This document shows, one piece after another, positions 1 to 12,055 of a stretch of DNA of 64,000 nucleotides. Both the position numbers and the translations under genes were made by a program. The stretch comes from Octopus bimaculoides. Lineage: Eukaryota. The DNA lies in assembly GCF_001194135.2 (NCBI RefSeq), contig NC_068995.1, positions 24,196,477-24,260,476 on the forward strand, read 5' to 3'. The number at the start of each line of letters is the position of its first letter. The first letter of the stretch is position 1. The notes beneath the pieces are model-generated. The model made no database searches, was not told the origin of the DNA, and worked only from the letters and a program-made list of their open reading frames with translations.

Positions 1-112
1 AGCTGAAGGAAATACTCAGAGACGTTTTTTGTACAACACTTTTGTGATCACTAATCGTCCACCCTTTACAGTAATATTGATTTCATGGTTTGACACAAAA
101 CCAGCAAGTTCG

Positions 113-291
113 GAGGAAGGAGTAAGTCGATTATATCGACCCCAGTGTTCAACTCTTACTTATTTTATCGACTTCGAAAGGATGAAAGACAAAGTCGATC
201 CCAGCGGCATTTGAAACCAGAACGTAAAGATATACGAAATGAAGCTAAGCATGTTACCCACCATGCGAACGGTTCTGCCAGCTCACCGACT
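113..291 (-). mobile_element. tRNA-derived SINE, family A
   Basis: Reverse complement matches the head GAGCTGGCAGAA..GTTAGCA, the B-box-like GTTCAAAT and the core TAAGTA..CTGGGGTCGAT seen in about 10 other copies here. Confidence 0.85.
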
Positions 292-324
292 TTACAGCAA
301 TATTAATGATATTTAAGGCAGTAA

Positions 325-455
325 CAGGGTAAGTTTATTGGACATCATATGAGAAGACAAAGCCTTTGACACATGGTGACAACTAGCAAAGCGAAGGGAA
401 GAAGAATCCGGGAAAGTACACACATATGGAGAAGATGCCTGATGGCTTTAGCAGT
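325..455 (+). mobile_element. RTE-clade LINE ORF2 C-terminal fragment, decayed
   Basis: Translates as FIGHHMRRQSL*HMVTTSKAKGRRIRE, resembling the RTE GHxMRRxxLExxVTTGKxxGxRxRG motif. Confidence 0.5.
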
Positions 456-1125
456 TGACTTAAGAAAAACCTAATCACATGCGAGTTGTGTGTGGAAACG
501 AATTGCGTAGAGATCCATCAACACCAATGCTTTTTGTAATGACATATAAAGAAGAGAATATCATAGTTATCAAGAAGCTACTGTGGTGTAATCAGTTAAA
601 GGATTATACTAAATATCCTATCATAGAGAATTATATCAATTTACGTTCGAATCCAACGAAGACGAATGTGTCCTTCATGTCTCAAACATTGATAAAATAA
701 GTATCAGTCAAGTATGGAGGTCGATTAAATTGACTACAGACCTCCCCTACAATAAGCGGTCTTATGGTAAACTTAGAATTCATTATTTATTCCATCATCA
801 TCAGCGCTATAAATATCACCATATTTATCTTCGCCAACATCATTTACAGAAGCAATCAGCAATCATCATTATGTTAGTATATTTAACATATTAGGTTTGA
901 TATTTCACCTCATTATTTGCTTGAACCTTAACCTTAAGAGTGGATTAGTGTTTGCAATCTTCTCTTCATTAGAACCAGCTTTCGCATAGGCAGGAGGTGT
1001 TTCGCCTTCGGCGAGCATAACTGGTCAACATTGATTAGATGCTGGAAAGAATTGCCCCAGGCAATACATAGATGTTCCTTAAACATAGATGTTCCATGAA
1101 CTTTGCACATAAAATTCAAATATAT

Positions 1126-1129
<4 letters not shown>

Positions 1130-1200
<71 letters not shown>

Positions 1201-1210
1201 TGTGTGTGTA
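1130..1210. repeat. (TG)n microsatellite
   Basis: Direct inspection. Confidence 0.95.
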
Positions 1211-2093
1211 TACACAGTTGCATACAAAGTAGAGAAAAAGCTGCGTAGATATATACATGTAGGTCATAGTATAACCATATACACATACATTCACATACGC
1301 ACATACTCAAAAATATATGTGCGTATATATGTGTATACACTCACACACACACACATATACGTTTATAAATAAATGGATATATGACATATATATATATATA
1401 TATTTCTCCTTCCTCCTCCCCCTCTCTCTACATATATAAGTGTGTGCCTGTGTTCGTGTGTGTCTATGTGTGTGTGTGTGTACATAGAGAGAGAGAAAAT
1501 ACACACGCGAATGTATGTATTCAAATCTATATATATTTAATTAACATAAAGATCAATATTTATGTACTTACACACACATACACACACACAGAAATAAAAA
1601 CACACTTCTATACCTGAAATTAAACACACATATATTTGTATTTGGTGGGGCATATTTGTCCGTGCGTATTTGTATGGTTTCTGTGTTATTTACGCACACG
1701 TGCAAATGCAACGGAATTATCCATATGATATGTCTACGTGTAAATTATTTATACAATTGTTTCTATGTGTTGTGTGTGTGAGGAGAGAGACAGAGAGAAA
1801 TGCAGGCATCGCTAAGCGTTTAAGAATTTTTTTGCGCAGCAACGTAGTTTCAAGTTCGATCACGCAGCGTGGCACTTCTTTATTCCATTTCTCGTTCGAC
1901 TCTGTGGTTATTCTGAGGCCATTACTGGCCTCAGGATAACTACGGCCTCGTTAGTGGAATTTTGTAGATAGAAACTGCTTTCAAATCTTGAATGAATTGT
2001 GGGCGATGAATGAATTCTAGATCCAACAAGGTGGTGTCTTCAGACCACCTCGTTCGATCTAGAATTGATTCATCGCGGCGAGCTGGTAGATTC

Positions 2094-2330
2094 AAGGCGG
2101 TGAGCTGGCAGAAACGTTAGCACGCCGGGGAAAATGCTTGGCGGTATTTCGCCTGTCTTTACGTTCTGAGTTCAAATTCCGCCGAGGTTGACATTGCCTT
2201 TCATCCTTTCGGGGTCAAATAAATAAGTACCAGTTACGCACTGAGATCGATTTAATCGACTTAATCCATTTGTCTGTCCTTGTTTGTCCCCTCTGTGTGT
2301 AGCCCCTTGTGGGCAGTAAAGAAATAAGAA
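2094..2330 (+). mobile_element. tRNA-derived SINE, family A, near full length
   Basis: AAGGCGGTGAGCTGGCAGAAACGTTAGCACGCC...GAGTTCAAATTCCGCCGAGG...ATAAGTACCAG. Confidence 0.92.
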
Positions 2331-3731
2331 TTGATTCATCGCTCTCATAAAGAGTGAAGAACAATCTTACAATGTATGACTTCTATTGCCTCTTCTTCAG
2401 TAATCGGAAAACCTTTACTTGATACTCGACAAAGCTGAGCGACGTCATCTCACAGTTTAAGAAGTAATTTTTTTACATATCCCATAATGTGTTTTTCTTT
2501 GTGGTAGCCATAATAAATCTCCCAGGTTTTCATGGCATCACTGATGTTTCTAGTGTAGTTAAATTTCTCCAGTTGCTTTTACGTTGTGCTTTTGAAGCAC
2601 ACAACATTAAAATTTACTGCTTAGACACCTACCAACCTCTGCTGAATTCAGAGCTAATGCTTTGATACAACTGTCAGCTGTTATGTTATCTGAGGAATAT
2701 TATTTATGCTCCAGATTGGAAACAGTTTTTCGTAAGTTATACCTTAATAATCTACACAATATACAATAGTACTAAAATATTATTAAAATACATATATAAT
2801 TCTTCTTACAAAATTCAAAGCAAATAACTGGCGCTTTAAAATTATAATCAAAGAGAGAGTGGGGGAGAGAAAAAGAGGGAGGAGAAAAAGAGAGGAGAGA
2901 GAGAGCGATGCTACCAGGTGTGTGTAATCGGAAGCTTCCAGCCGAAAGAGAGAGAGAAAGGGATATGACGGAATAAAGTCCATAGGCCGGTGGTAGTTTA
3001 GAGAAGTAACTTTAGTCACGGACACAACTGAATGCTTTATTTTATTCATGCACATCAAAATTTTTCTCGATTAAGTTATTAAGGGTACGAGACATCTAGT
3101 AAAGGATATATAGGAGCATATTCCCATTAGATACAGCTGTACCTGTGGTTTGGAAAGTATTAAAAATAGTGGAGATAGTGACTGTTAACAACCGATTGTA
3201 CCTTTTGAGAAACTGCTGTCAGAATTATAGATCGATGGCTGTTTGGGTATGTTGAATATGAACACTATTTAGGATGTTTTCAAAGATTTTATTCATGTAG
3301 AGATAGAAAGATTGAAGAGCTTGGGAAGGGCAATAGCTAGCTCTTTATGTAACAATGCCGTGTGGTCATTTAAATCTCTCAATTATCTGGTTTTAATATC
3401 CTGTCTGTTTCTATTCCTTTCTTTTCTTAGTTTCACAACCACAATAATAGTTTCGACTAATTTTAATAACACTAACTAACCTCCAACAGATTTCACACTC
3501 GCGTGTTCCAAATCTCCTTATACTTCTAACTGGGACTTTCAGTAGCCTAATGATTAATTCTAGACATGGAGGTAAGGAAAATAACATCGAACTTTAAATT
3601 AATTAAATGTATTAAAAGATTTTGGATAGCTGCATTGTGTCTCTAGATATTTCCCTCATTCATTACAAAAGATAAATGTTTCTTTTTTAACATCAGAAAA
3701 TGTTTTCAAACCGTATTTCATACATCTAGAA

Positions 3732-3966
3732 CAGTGGTTCCCAATGAGTCTTTGCCTATGGACCGACCCCTTTGATTCCTATTCTAATCTATTGGTCCCC
3801 CATAGTCATTCAATGTACGTAAAAAAAATCCTACAGCATTTTTATAACTAAATATTATATATTTTGTGTATTATAGATGTATAAGCAATTTATTGCTGAT
3901 AAATTTTAACAATAAAATCTTATATGGATCCCCAAGGGCCATATGAACCCCGGTTGAAAACCACTG
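3732..3966. mobile_element. hAT (Charlie-like) MITE
   Basis: TIRs CAGTGGTTCCCAA / TTGAAAACCACTG; perfect 8-bp TSD ATCTAGAA at 3724-3731 and 3967-3974. Confidence 0.92.
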
Positions 3967-4260
3967 ATCTAGAATAATAATGTATCTGTTGACAATTGAT
4001 GATTTAAGACAGTTGATTCCTTTCATTGCCCTCTTTGTGTCATAGACAGAAAGGTGTTTCCCCCTTTGGGATCAATCTATAATCAAATGAATTCTGGTAG
4101 AGGTTAATGCTATTCTAGAGTATATGCCACAATACGGACTCAAGAACATTGTTAATAATAACTGCTAAAATTCATCTCTTTTTTTCTAACTGGGAAGAGA
4201 ATTCACCTCTGTACTCAATAACAAGGAAACAAGCACCAAACAGAACGGGTCGTTACATAC

Positions 4261-4352
4261 AAGGTTAAATATTCGCTTATGTTTGAATTATATCTACTGA
4301 GAGGAAGTGACTGTTGAAAAGATACGAACTCTCTACCTTTGGGCTGGCAAGC
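4261..4352 (-). CDS. Candidate internal exon (92 nt, phase 0 to 2) of unidentified host gene
   Basis: T-rich acceptor ttttggttagttgtttggctgcag, donor GTATGT, open frame ACQPKGREFVSFQQSLPLSRYNSNISEYLT. Confidence 0.3.
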
Positions 4353-5749
4353 CTGCAGCCAAACAACTAACCAAAATTGATTCTGGATCTAGGGAATTTA
4401 CTTACTTATGATAGAGAAACAGAAGATTTCTCTCCGATTTACTAAACACCTGCTTTATGAACTTCAGCAGTTCATGAAAGAATCCTATGAATTATACAAT
4501 GGCTGCCGGCTGTGTTTAATAACATTTCGTCATAAGAAATATGTCAGCTGATAGCAAGAACCACTAAGAAAAATATCTAAAAACAAAGTCAGCAAACAGA
4601 TTATAAAGGTTTGTGAAGCAAAGCAAATAGAATCGCCAACAACTAATGCAATGTATATTTCTGTTATGCAACCATTAATGTAAATTTCGTTGCAGAATAT
4701 CCAATTCTGTTAGAAATTGTACTTCATTTATTCTTTTTATTTCCATAATATCATATTACGAAGCAGGTAGTTATAAACAACAATGCTAACAAGAAATAAT
4801 AATGGTGAAGAATCATCTTACGCGGAAAATATTCAGAGAAAAATAAAAAGGATACGAAACCTGCGTAGAGTCCTAATATGAGAAGATAATTTCTCTTTAA
4901 GATTCACTATATAAAGAGCTGATAGTGTTTTGCGTACAGATTAAATATATGTCTAGTATATTTATTATAAACATTCTTGAAGCGTACGAAATTTCTATGG
5001 CTGCCCCTAAGCAGTCTTTCCGAACGCTTTCTTGCAACATTTGCATATTAAACATCAATGCAAAGCAGATGCGCGGTTTTTAAATTAAAGATAGCAAGAA
5101 GAAAAGAATCCACAATAACATCCACCAAGTAAAAATGCAATGCTAAGAACAATAACAAGATCATCGTGTTCATTAACATCAACATCAGCAGTATTAGACG
5201 AAATTTGTGCAAAAATAGATAAACAAATACAAATACAGCATCAAAATTGCTTTTCTTTAAATAAAATAAAACCATGCAGTGCTGTTTCGAAGGATAATCC
5301 CAGGGGGTTGTTTTCACGCAAAAGAAAACATTGCTATGAGGCGCATTCCACAGCTAATAACTGTAAAGTAATGCCTAAAAGTTTTTAAAAAATGGAAAGA
5401 AAATCAATTTACGAAAACTAAAAAATATAACATCTCAATAATGAATAAATAAAGCGTTAATGTCTTAGAGCTATTTTCTTATGCTAATTTTCTGACTTGC
5501 AACAATGCATCTTAGCTTGAGCTTAGTTCTTCATAAATTTCTAAATCAACAGCTCGAATTATTCAAATATTACTGTTCCATTTCCTGGTCGAGATTTATC
5601 GAAATACTCGTACGAACAAATATTGCGGAGGCCAATATTTAGCATTAAATTTGATAACCTATTTATTAACTGATGCACATTTTAACCACGCAAATACATA
5701 CGTGCATCTATACACACTTTGTATCTCTTTTATCATATTTATCTCCGCT

Positions 5750-5955
5750 GATTCAGTTATTGGACTGTGGCCATACTGGGGCACCGTCTTGAAGAATTTT
5801 TAGTCGATTGAATCGACCCCCGTACTTAATTCTTTTAAGACTGGTACTTATTCTATCGGTCTCTTTTGCTGAACCGCTATACAACGAGGCGTAACCACAC
5901 CAACACCAACACCAGTTGTCAAGCGGTGGCGGGGTACTAACAGACAGAAAGACGT
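5750..5955 (-). mobile_element. tRNA-derived SINE, family B, 3' half
   Basis: Reverse complement matches the 3' half of the 7503-7955 copy (GCTTGACAAC..GGTGT..CGGTTC.GCAAAAGAGACCGATAGAATAAGTAC..GGCCACAGTC). Confidence 0.85.
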
Positions 5956-5985
5956 GCACACACACACGCACACACACACACACAT

Positions 5986-6037
<52 letters not shown>

Positions 6038-6821
6038 GTAATGTATATATATATGTATGTGTGTATATATATATANNNNNNNNNNNNNNNNNNNNNNNNN
6101 NNNNNNNNNNNNNNNNNNNNNNNNNNNNNNNNNNNNNNNNNNNNNNNNNNNNNNNNNNNNNNNNNNNNNNNNNNNNNNNNNNNNNNNNNNNNNNNNNNNN
6201 NNNNNNNNNNNNNNNNNNNNNNNNNNNNNNNNNNNNNNNNNNNNNNNNNNNNNNNNNNNNNNNNNNNNNNNNNNNNNNNNNNNNNNNNNNNNNNNNNNNN
6301 NNNNNNNNNNNNNNNNNNNNNNNNNNNNNNNNNNNNNNNNNNNNNNNNNNNNNNNNNNNNNNNNNNNNNNNNNNNNNNNNNNNNNNNNNNNNNNNNNNNN
6401 NNNNNNNNNNNNNNNNNNNNNNNNNNNNNNNNNNNNNNNNNNNNNNNNNNNNNNNNNNNNNNNNNNNNNNNNNNNNNNNNNNNNNNNNNNNNNNNNNNNN
6501 NNNNNNNNNNNNNNNNNNNNNNNNNNNNNNNNNNNNNNNNNNNNNNNNNNNNNNNNNNNNNNNNNNNNNNNNNNNNNNNNNNNNNNNNNNNNNNNNNNNN
6601 NNNNNNNNNNNNNNNNNNNNNNNNNNNNNNNNNNNNNNNNNNNNNNNNNNNNNNNNNNNNNNNNNNNNNNNNNNNNNNNNNNNNNNNNNNNNNNNNNNNN
6701 NNNNNNNNNNNNNNNNNNNNNNNNNNNNNNNNNNNNNNNNNNNNNNNNNNNNNNNNNNNNNNNNNNNNNNNNNNNNNNNNNNNNNNNNNNNNNNNNNNNN
6801 NTGGTGGTGGTGGTGGTGGTT

Positions 6822-6834
6822 ATGGTGGTGGAGT

Positions 6835-6874
<40 letters not shown>

Positions 6875-6895
6875 GGTGGTGGTAGTGGTGGCGGC

Positions 6896-6954
<59 letters not shown>

Positions 6955-6957
6955 TAA
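6822..6957. repeat. Compound trinucleotide microsatellite (TGG/TAG/CGG/CAG)
   Basis: Direct inspection; adjoins an N gap. Confidence 0.95.
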
Positions 6958-7009
6958 TGTTTCTATTACATATTTTCAGTGTACAACCGCTTGCAGTTCT
7001 GTGTGACAT

Positions 7010-8050
7010 TGATAGGTGCAGTGTTTCGATTTCTTTTTGCTTTTGCAATGTATTGAAATACGTGTACAATGCATCAAATGTGTAGAATGTGTAATATACT
7101 CTTTTACTTGTTTCAGTCATTTGACTGTGGCCATGCTGGAGCACCGTGTTTGTGTGTGTGTGTGTGTGTTTGTATGTGTGCGTGCGTGTGTGTTTGTGTG
7201 TCCCTGTTTGTCCCCCAGCATCGCTTGACATCCGATGCTGGTGTGTTTACGTCCCCGTATCTTTATGTACAATATACATTATAAGTATGCAGCATGTAAT
7301 ATGTGCAGAATATGTGGTATGCAGTAAATGTGATATGCAGTAAATAATTGTACAATATGAAATACGTGTGCAATGTGTAATATGTGTACAATATATAATA
7401 CGTATGCAATGTGTAGTATATGTAATATATGTGCATAATATGTAATTAGTGCAATGTGACATGGGCACAGTATATAACGTGTAATACGCAATGTATGTAA
7501 TCGCAGGCATGGCTATATGGTAAGTAGCTTGCTCCCAACCACATGGTTCCGGGTTCAGTCCCACTGAGTAGTACCTTGGGTAAGTGTCTTATACTATAGC
7601 CTCGGGCCCGTCAAAGTCTTGTGAGTGGATCTGGTTGACAGAAACTGAAAGAAGTCCATCGTATATGAGTGCGCGCATGTGTGTGTGCGCGCGTGCATGT
7701 GTGAGTGCGTGCGTGCATGTGTGTGTGCGTGTGCGTGTGCGTGTGTGGTGTGTATCTATGCGTGTGTCTCTTTGTGACTGTGTTTGTCTCCTTCTTACCG
7801 CTTGATAACCGGTATTGGTGTGTTTACATCCCCGTAACTTAGTGGTTCGGCACAAGAGGCCGACGGAGTAAGTACTAGGCTTCAAAAAATAAGTCCTGGG
7901 GTCGATTTTTCGACTAACACTCTTTAAGGCGGTGTTCCAGTATGGCCGCAGTGAAAGAATATTTGTACAGTATGTCATGTGTGCACAATATGTAATATGT
8001 GTGGAATATTTTGCAATGTGTAATATCTGTGCAACATGTAATATGTGTTT
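7010..8050. repeat. Degenerate ~18-20 bp minisatellite (TGCAATGTGTAATATGTG-like) interrupted by SINE B sequence
   Basis: Imperfect units recur at 7270-7500 and 7960-8050, on both sides of the SINE. Confidence 0.6.
7503..7955 (+). mobile_element. tRNA-derived SINE, family B, full length with internal (TG)n
   Basis: A-box-like TGGCTATATGG, B-box-like GGGTTCAGTCC, internal TG tract, 3' core TAAGTACTAGG..CTGGGGTCGAT. Confidence 0.92.
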
Positions 8051-9424
8051 GGACTCAGAGGTTAAGATTTCGGTCAAGGCACTCACAAAAGGGTAGACAT
8101 TTGTCATCTTTACTTCGGTTTACAAGACATGGACCTTTAAAATACCCGGATAAGTGATTCGGAAACTATGAACTACTGGGGTATATTTTCGGTTCAGAAA
8201 AATTCGACATGCACAGAAGTACCCTTAGCTGAGTCTCTCCTAGATGTATACAGAGTGGCAAAATCGTTCTGAACGCCCTCGTTCATTGTATAAGCAATGC
8301 TAATTTCTGGGAGTTATCTCAAACAGCTATTTTGTGAGTAGAACATATCCCACTATAGGTCAAATCTATCGTGAGAAATCCTTCCCCTACATTGAAGATG
8401 GTTTTCCTGTGTGATGACTATGGCAAAATAGATTTTCAAGGTTGATGCAATAGGAATGAGCTCAAACACTTTCCTCTTCAACCAACTTCTCCAAGTTTCT
8501 CCTACACAAGAAAATAATAGTGAATTGGAAAACGTTGCCTTCCAGTTTATTTGCTGAAAAATGAGTGAAAATGATGATCATGACCCGACTGACTGCGCAT
8601 CGTTTCTGCACGTGCCCCTAGGCTAGAGAATACACTTGTGAGATAACATTTACTCTTATTAGGAAGAATAATCTAGAATTTATGCAGTTCCCTCTTATAC
8701 ACATACGTACACAAACATTCACGCACGCATACATATATATGTGCATACATATTTACACATAAATATATATGCACACGTACATAAATGTGCATATGTGGTC
8801 TGTTTATGTCAAGAATCACATGTGTTTGTGTGAGAGAAGGAGAGAGCGAGAAGCAACAGAATGTTATATACATTTTGGGAATGTATTAGTAGCCAGAAAA
8901 CTTTCAATCCTGTATAGAGAGTCAATCATCGACCGAGTACCCGCCTTAACTGTCCACGTTCAAATTCCTTATATACGCACTAATACGAAGAGATAGACCG
9001 GTTTGCACATTTAACGCATTCTTGACAATTGGTTCCATAAATAAATTACTGATGCATTACGAGCGTTCAGCTTAACTTCTGTACACAAAAATGTTCCTAT
9101 TAATTAGCCTCAATGTTCTGCAGTAATAGTAGGTTAAAAAGTAGTGCCTTTGCGAGCACTGAAACCCAACATAGGACCTAGAATAATCGGGTTGGTCTCC
9201 ATTTTCCTGTCCATGGAAGCATTATTTAAGGATCAGGTATACGTTATGTATGCACGATAAGTTTATCTGATCAAATTAAGGCGTGAGTAAAGATGGATTT
9301 ATTGAAAATACCTGTGAAAATAATTGAACAATATCTCTGATTGAAACCCAAGGCAGAATTGAGCTTTATTGTGCATAAAGACAGTTTACATCCCATTTCT
9401 ATGGCTAAAATGTACACATCATAT

Positions 9425-10245
9425 ATATAAAGGGTAAATTGTCGCAATTTTATATTTTGAATTTCGCGCATGCGATTGTTTGTTTTTGATTTTGTCGACT
9501 GCACAATATAGTAGGGTCAGTTGGGCAAAAGTTTGGAAACGATATGCTGTACTGCTTGGCATTCGCGCCTTAGGCTCCAATACGAATATTTCAGAGTGTT
9601 TGAGTGTCAATTTTAGGACAGTGCAGTCTGAGGACATTTACTAAGAGTGATTAAAAATCAAGCATCCAGTCAATATCATGGTATCCGGAGTGATCACTAG
9701 TAAATTCATCTTCCCACACGGCTCAGACTCAACACGGAGGCCTACATAAAGTGCCTGGAGGAGATAGTGTTGCCCTGGGTCAAGAGGGTGGCTGCTGGAA
9801 GACTTATGTCTGGCAACAGGACTCTGTACCATGCCACACAAGCAGGAGAGCCCAGTAATGGCTGTCAGACAATTTCTGCGACCACATAACCCCTAACATT
9901 TGGTCAACTAACTCCGCAGACTGCAAGCTCCTTCATTATTATGTGTGACGTGCAGTTTAGCGAGTGACCAACAAAACTCCTTGTAACACCAAAGATTAAT
10001 TGAAGGCAAGGATTATGGCAGCATTCACCACCTTAACCAAGGAGGTCGTCCAGAAGAGTTGCAAGAGATCCCGAAGTCATCTGGAGGCCGTGGTTGAAGC
10101 CAATGGCAATTTTATTTAATAAATTTACTCTTTAGTATTTCAAGATATTTTTATGTACTTCTGGTAAATATATCTGTTAAAATGAGATGTCCGTGCTATT
10201 TTCATATTTGCGTAATTTAGACGACAGTTTATTCACCACATCCTG
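9425..10245 (+). mobile_element. Tc1/mariner DD37D (maT-like) transposon relic, internally deleted
   Basis: WQQDSVPCHTS...IWSTNSADC motifs; 3' TIR ...TTATTCACCACATCCTG followed by TA; same family as 24385-25500. Confidence 0.85.
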
Positions 10246-10249
10246 TATA

Positions 10250-11111
10250 TGTGATCTGATCAATAAATATCCGGAATCTTGGTATAGTAACAAAGTTAAA
10301 GCACACAGAGTGAAGCAACTTGAGATACATTTGACCTTAAATTCTGCTGTACACGCGCACTAAATTTTAACGTTCTAGCTCACTTCTGCTGTTTACAGCA
10401 GTGCTTGAAAGAAAGGTGTGTAGCGCGTGATCGTCTCATCGATCATGACACACAGAAAGTTGAACCGAGGATCTGCATCATTTTTTTTCAAAAGCTTGGC
10501 CATGCCTGCTGAGAGGTTTACGCAAAGGTTTCAGAAAGTTTTCATCGTTCTCGATACAATCAAGATCTTGTGCAACTGAAACCCAAGTAACTTTTTGGTC
10601 AGCTAAAAGCAGTTTTAGCAGAAACTTGGCGGACATGTGTCTCATACCGAAACCTTCAGTGATAATAGAATGAAATGAACCGTAACTAATCTGCACATTC
10701 TCTGATAACTCACGGATGGTGATTCGACGATTTTCTCTCACAGCTGAATGCATATCTGCGATGTTTTTCGCAGTTCTGCTGGTTGCATGTCTCCAAGAAC
10801 GTTTGTCAATATCGACATTTTTCGGCCAACTTGAAAACGCCTGAACCACTCTTACACTTGTGTGCGGCTCATACATTCCTCCCTATACACTTTCTGCAAC
10901 TTTGCGTGGGCCTCTGAGCAGGTATGACCATCACAATTTACTCTGTCATGGTCAATGCGACGATCAAACGCTACACATCTTCCTTTCAAGCACTGCTGTA
11001 AACAGCAGAATAGAGCTAGAACGCTAAAGCTTAGTGAGCATGCGGCTTTACTTTGCGGGCTTTAGCTTTGTTACTATGAGAACAGTCCGGATACTTATTG
11101 ATCAGACCTCG
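10250..11111. mobile_element. Mariner derivative with long inverted arms (two 5' ends), TA-flanked
   Basis: Termini TGTGATCTGATCAATAAATATCCGGA / TCCGGATACTTATTGATCAGACCTCG; minus strand encodes the mariner N-terminus (SRTQV*EWFRRF..RENRRITIRELSE..GMRHMSAKF). Confidence 0.88.
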
Positions 11112-11112
11112 T

Positions 11113-11217
<105 letters not shown>

Positions 11218-11304
11218 TACAAGAGTTACAAAATGGAGCAGGAAAATCGAGGCATCGTATATAGACAGGAAATAAGTTTCATGTAGCCGTTGTTGTTGGT
11301 AAAT

Positions 11305-11349
<45 letters not shown>

Positions 11350-11949
11350 ATGCACACATGCATTTATGTATGTATTCAATAAATTGATATGTGCAGTTAG
11401 TATTTCCTTTATCAATGTGCTAAGACCTGACAACAGTACAGTGGTTTCAACACATTACTGCATCTTCTCAAAGATTTCTTACCTTTAGAGGAATACAGAA
11501 ATGTACTGAAAGGATTCGGCGTATAAATACATTCAATACATATACACATTACATTTACATATGTGTGTGCAGAGAATTGTGATTGACGCAAATATATGCA
11601 TTTCTTGTGAATATTGTTATTCACTGCCTCTGCGTTCTCTGCGTATTTATTGCAGTGTTCACAACACTATTTGATAGGCTGAGTTTGAAACTTGGCCTCC
11701 TGAGAAATCGAACTAGGTTTTGTGATTTTTGAAGATTGCACTATCTTCTTGAGTTTCTGTCTCTCATCAACTGATGAAATGTGGATCTTTGCACATCACC
11801 GTACTAAATGACCTCTAGTATCTGAAACTGTAATGCTGTCTGTAATGTATTCTCCGCTATTGTTTCTAATGTAATCTTTATACTGCCTTAATTGTTGCTT
11901 CTTGTCAGTTTTGCATAATGTTATTGAGGACTATCGAGATCTTTGGTGT

Positions 11950-12055
11950 GTCGGACTAAATACCTTGCGGTATTCTGTCTTGTTGTGTCTTGAATTCAAA
12001 TCGCACCGAAGTCAACTTTGTCTTTCATGCTTTTAGGGTCGATATAATAGACTGT
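11950..12055 (+). mobile_element. SINE family A, degraded fragment
   Basis: GAATTCAAATCGCACCGAAGTCAACTTTGTCTTTCATGCTTTTAGGGTCGAT resembles the family A body. Confidence 0.6.

Noticed and set aside
5753-7231. Long ORFs in the supplied track spanning N gaps (also near 13.9, 15.7, 18.5, 26, 33.6, 52.6, 58, 59.7 and 61.2 kb)
   Set aside because: Openness comes from N runs and dinucleotide repeats ([12 protein letters not shown]); not real proteins.
8300-8420. piggyBac-like peptide TYPTIGQIYREK
   Set aside because: Single short motif, no TTAA-flanked termini found.
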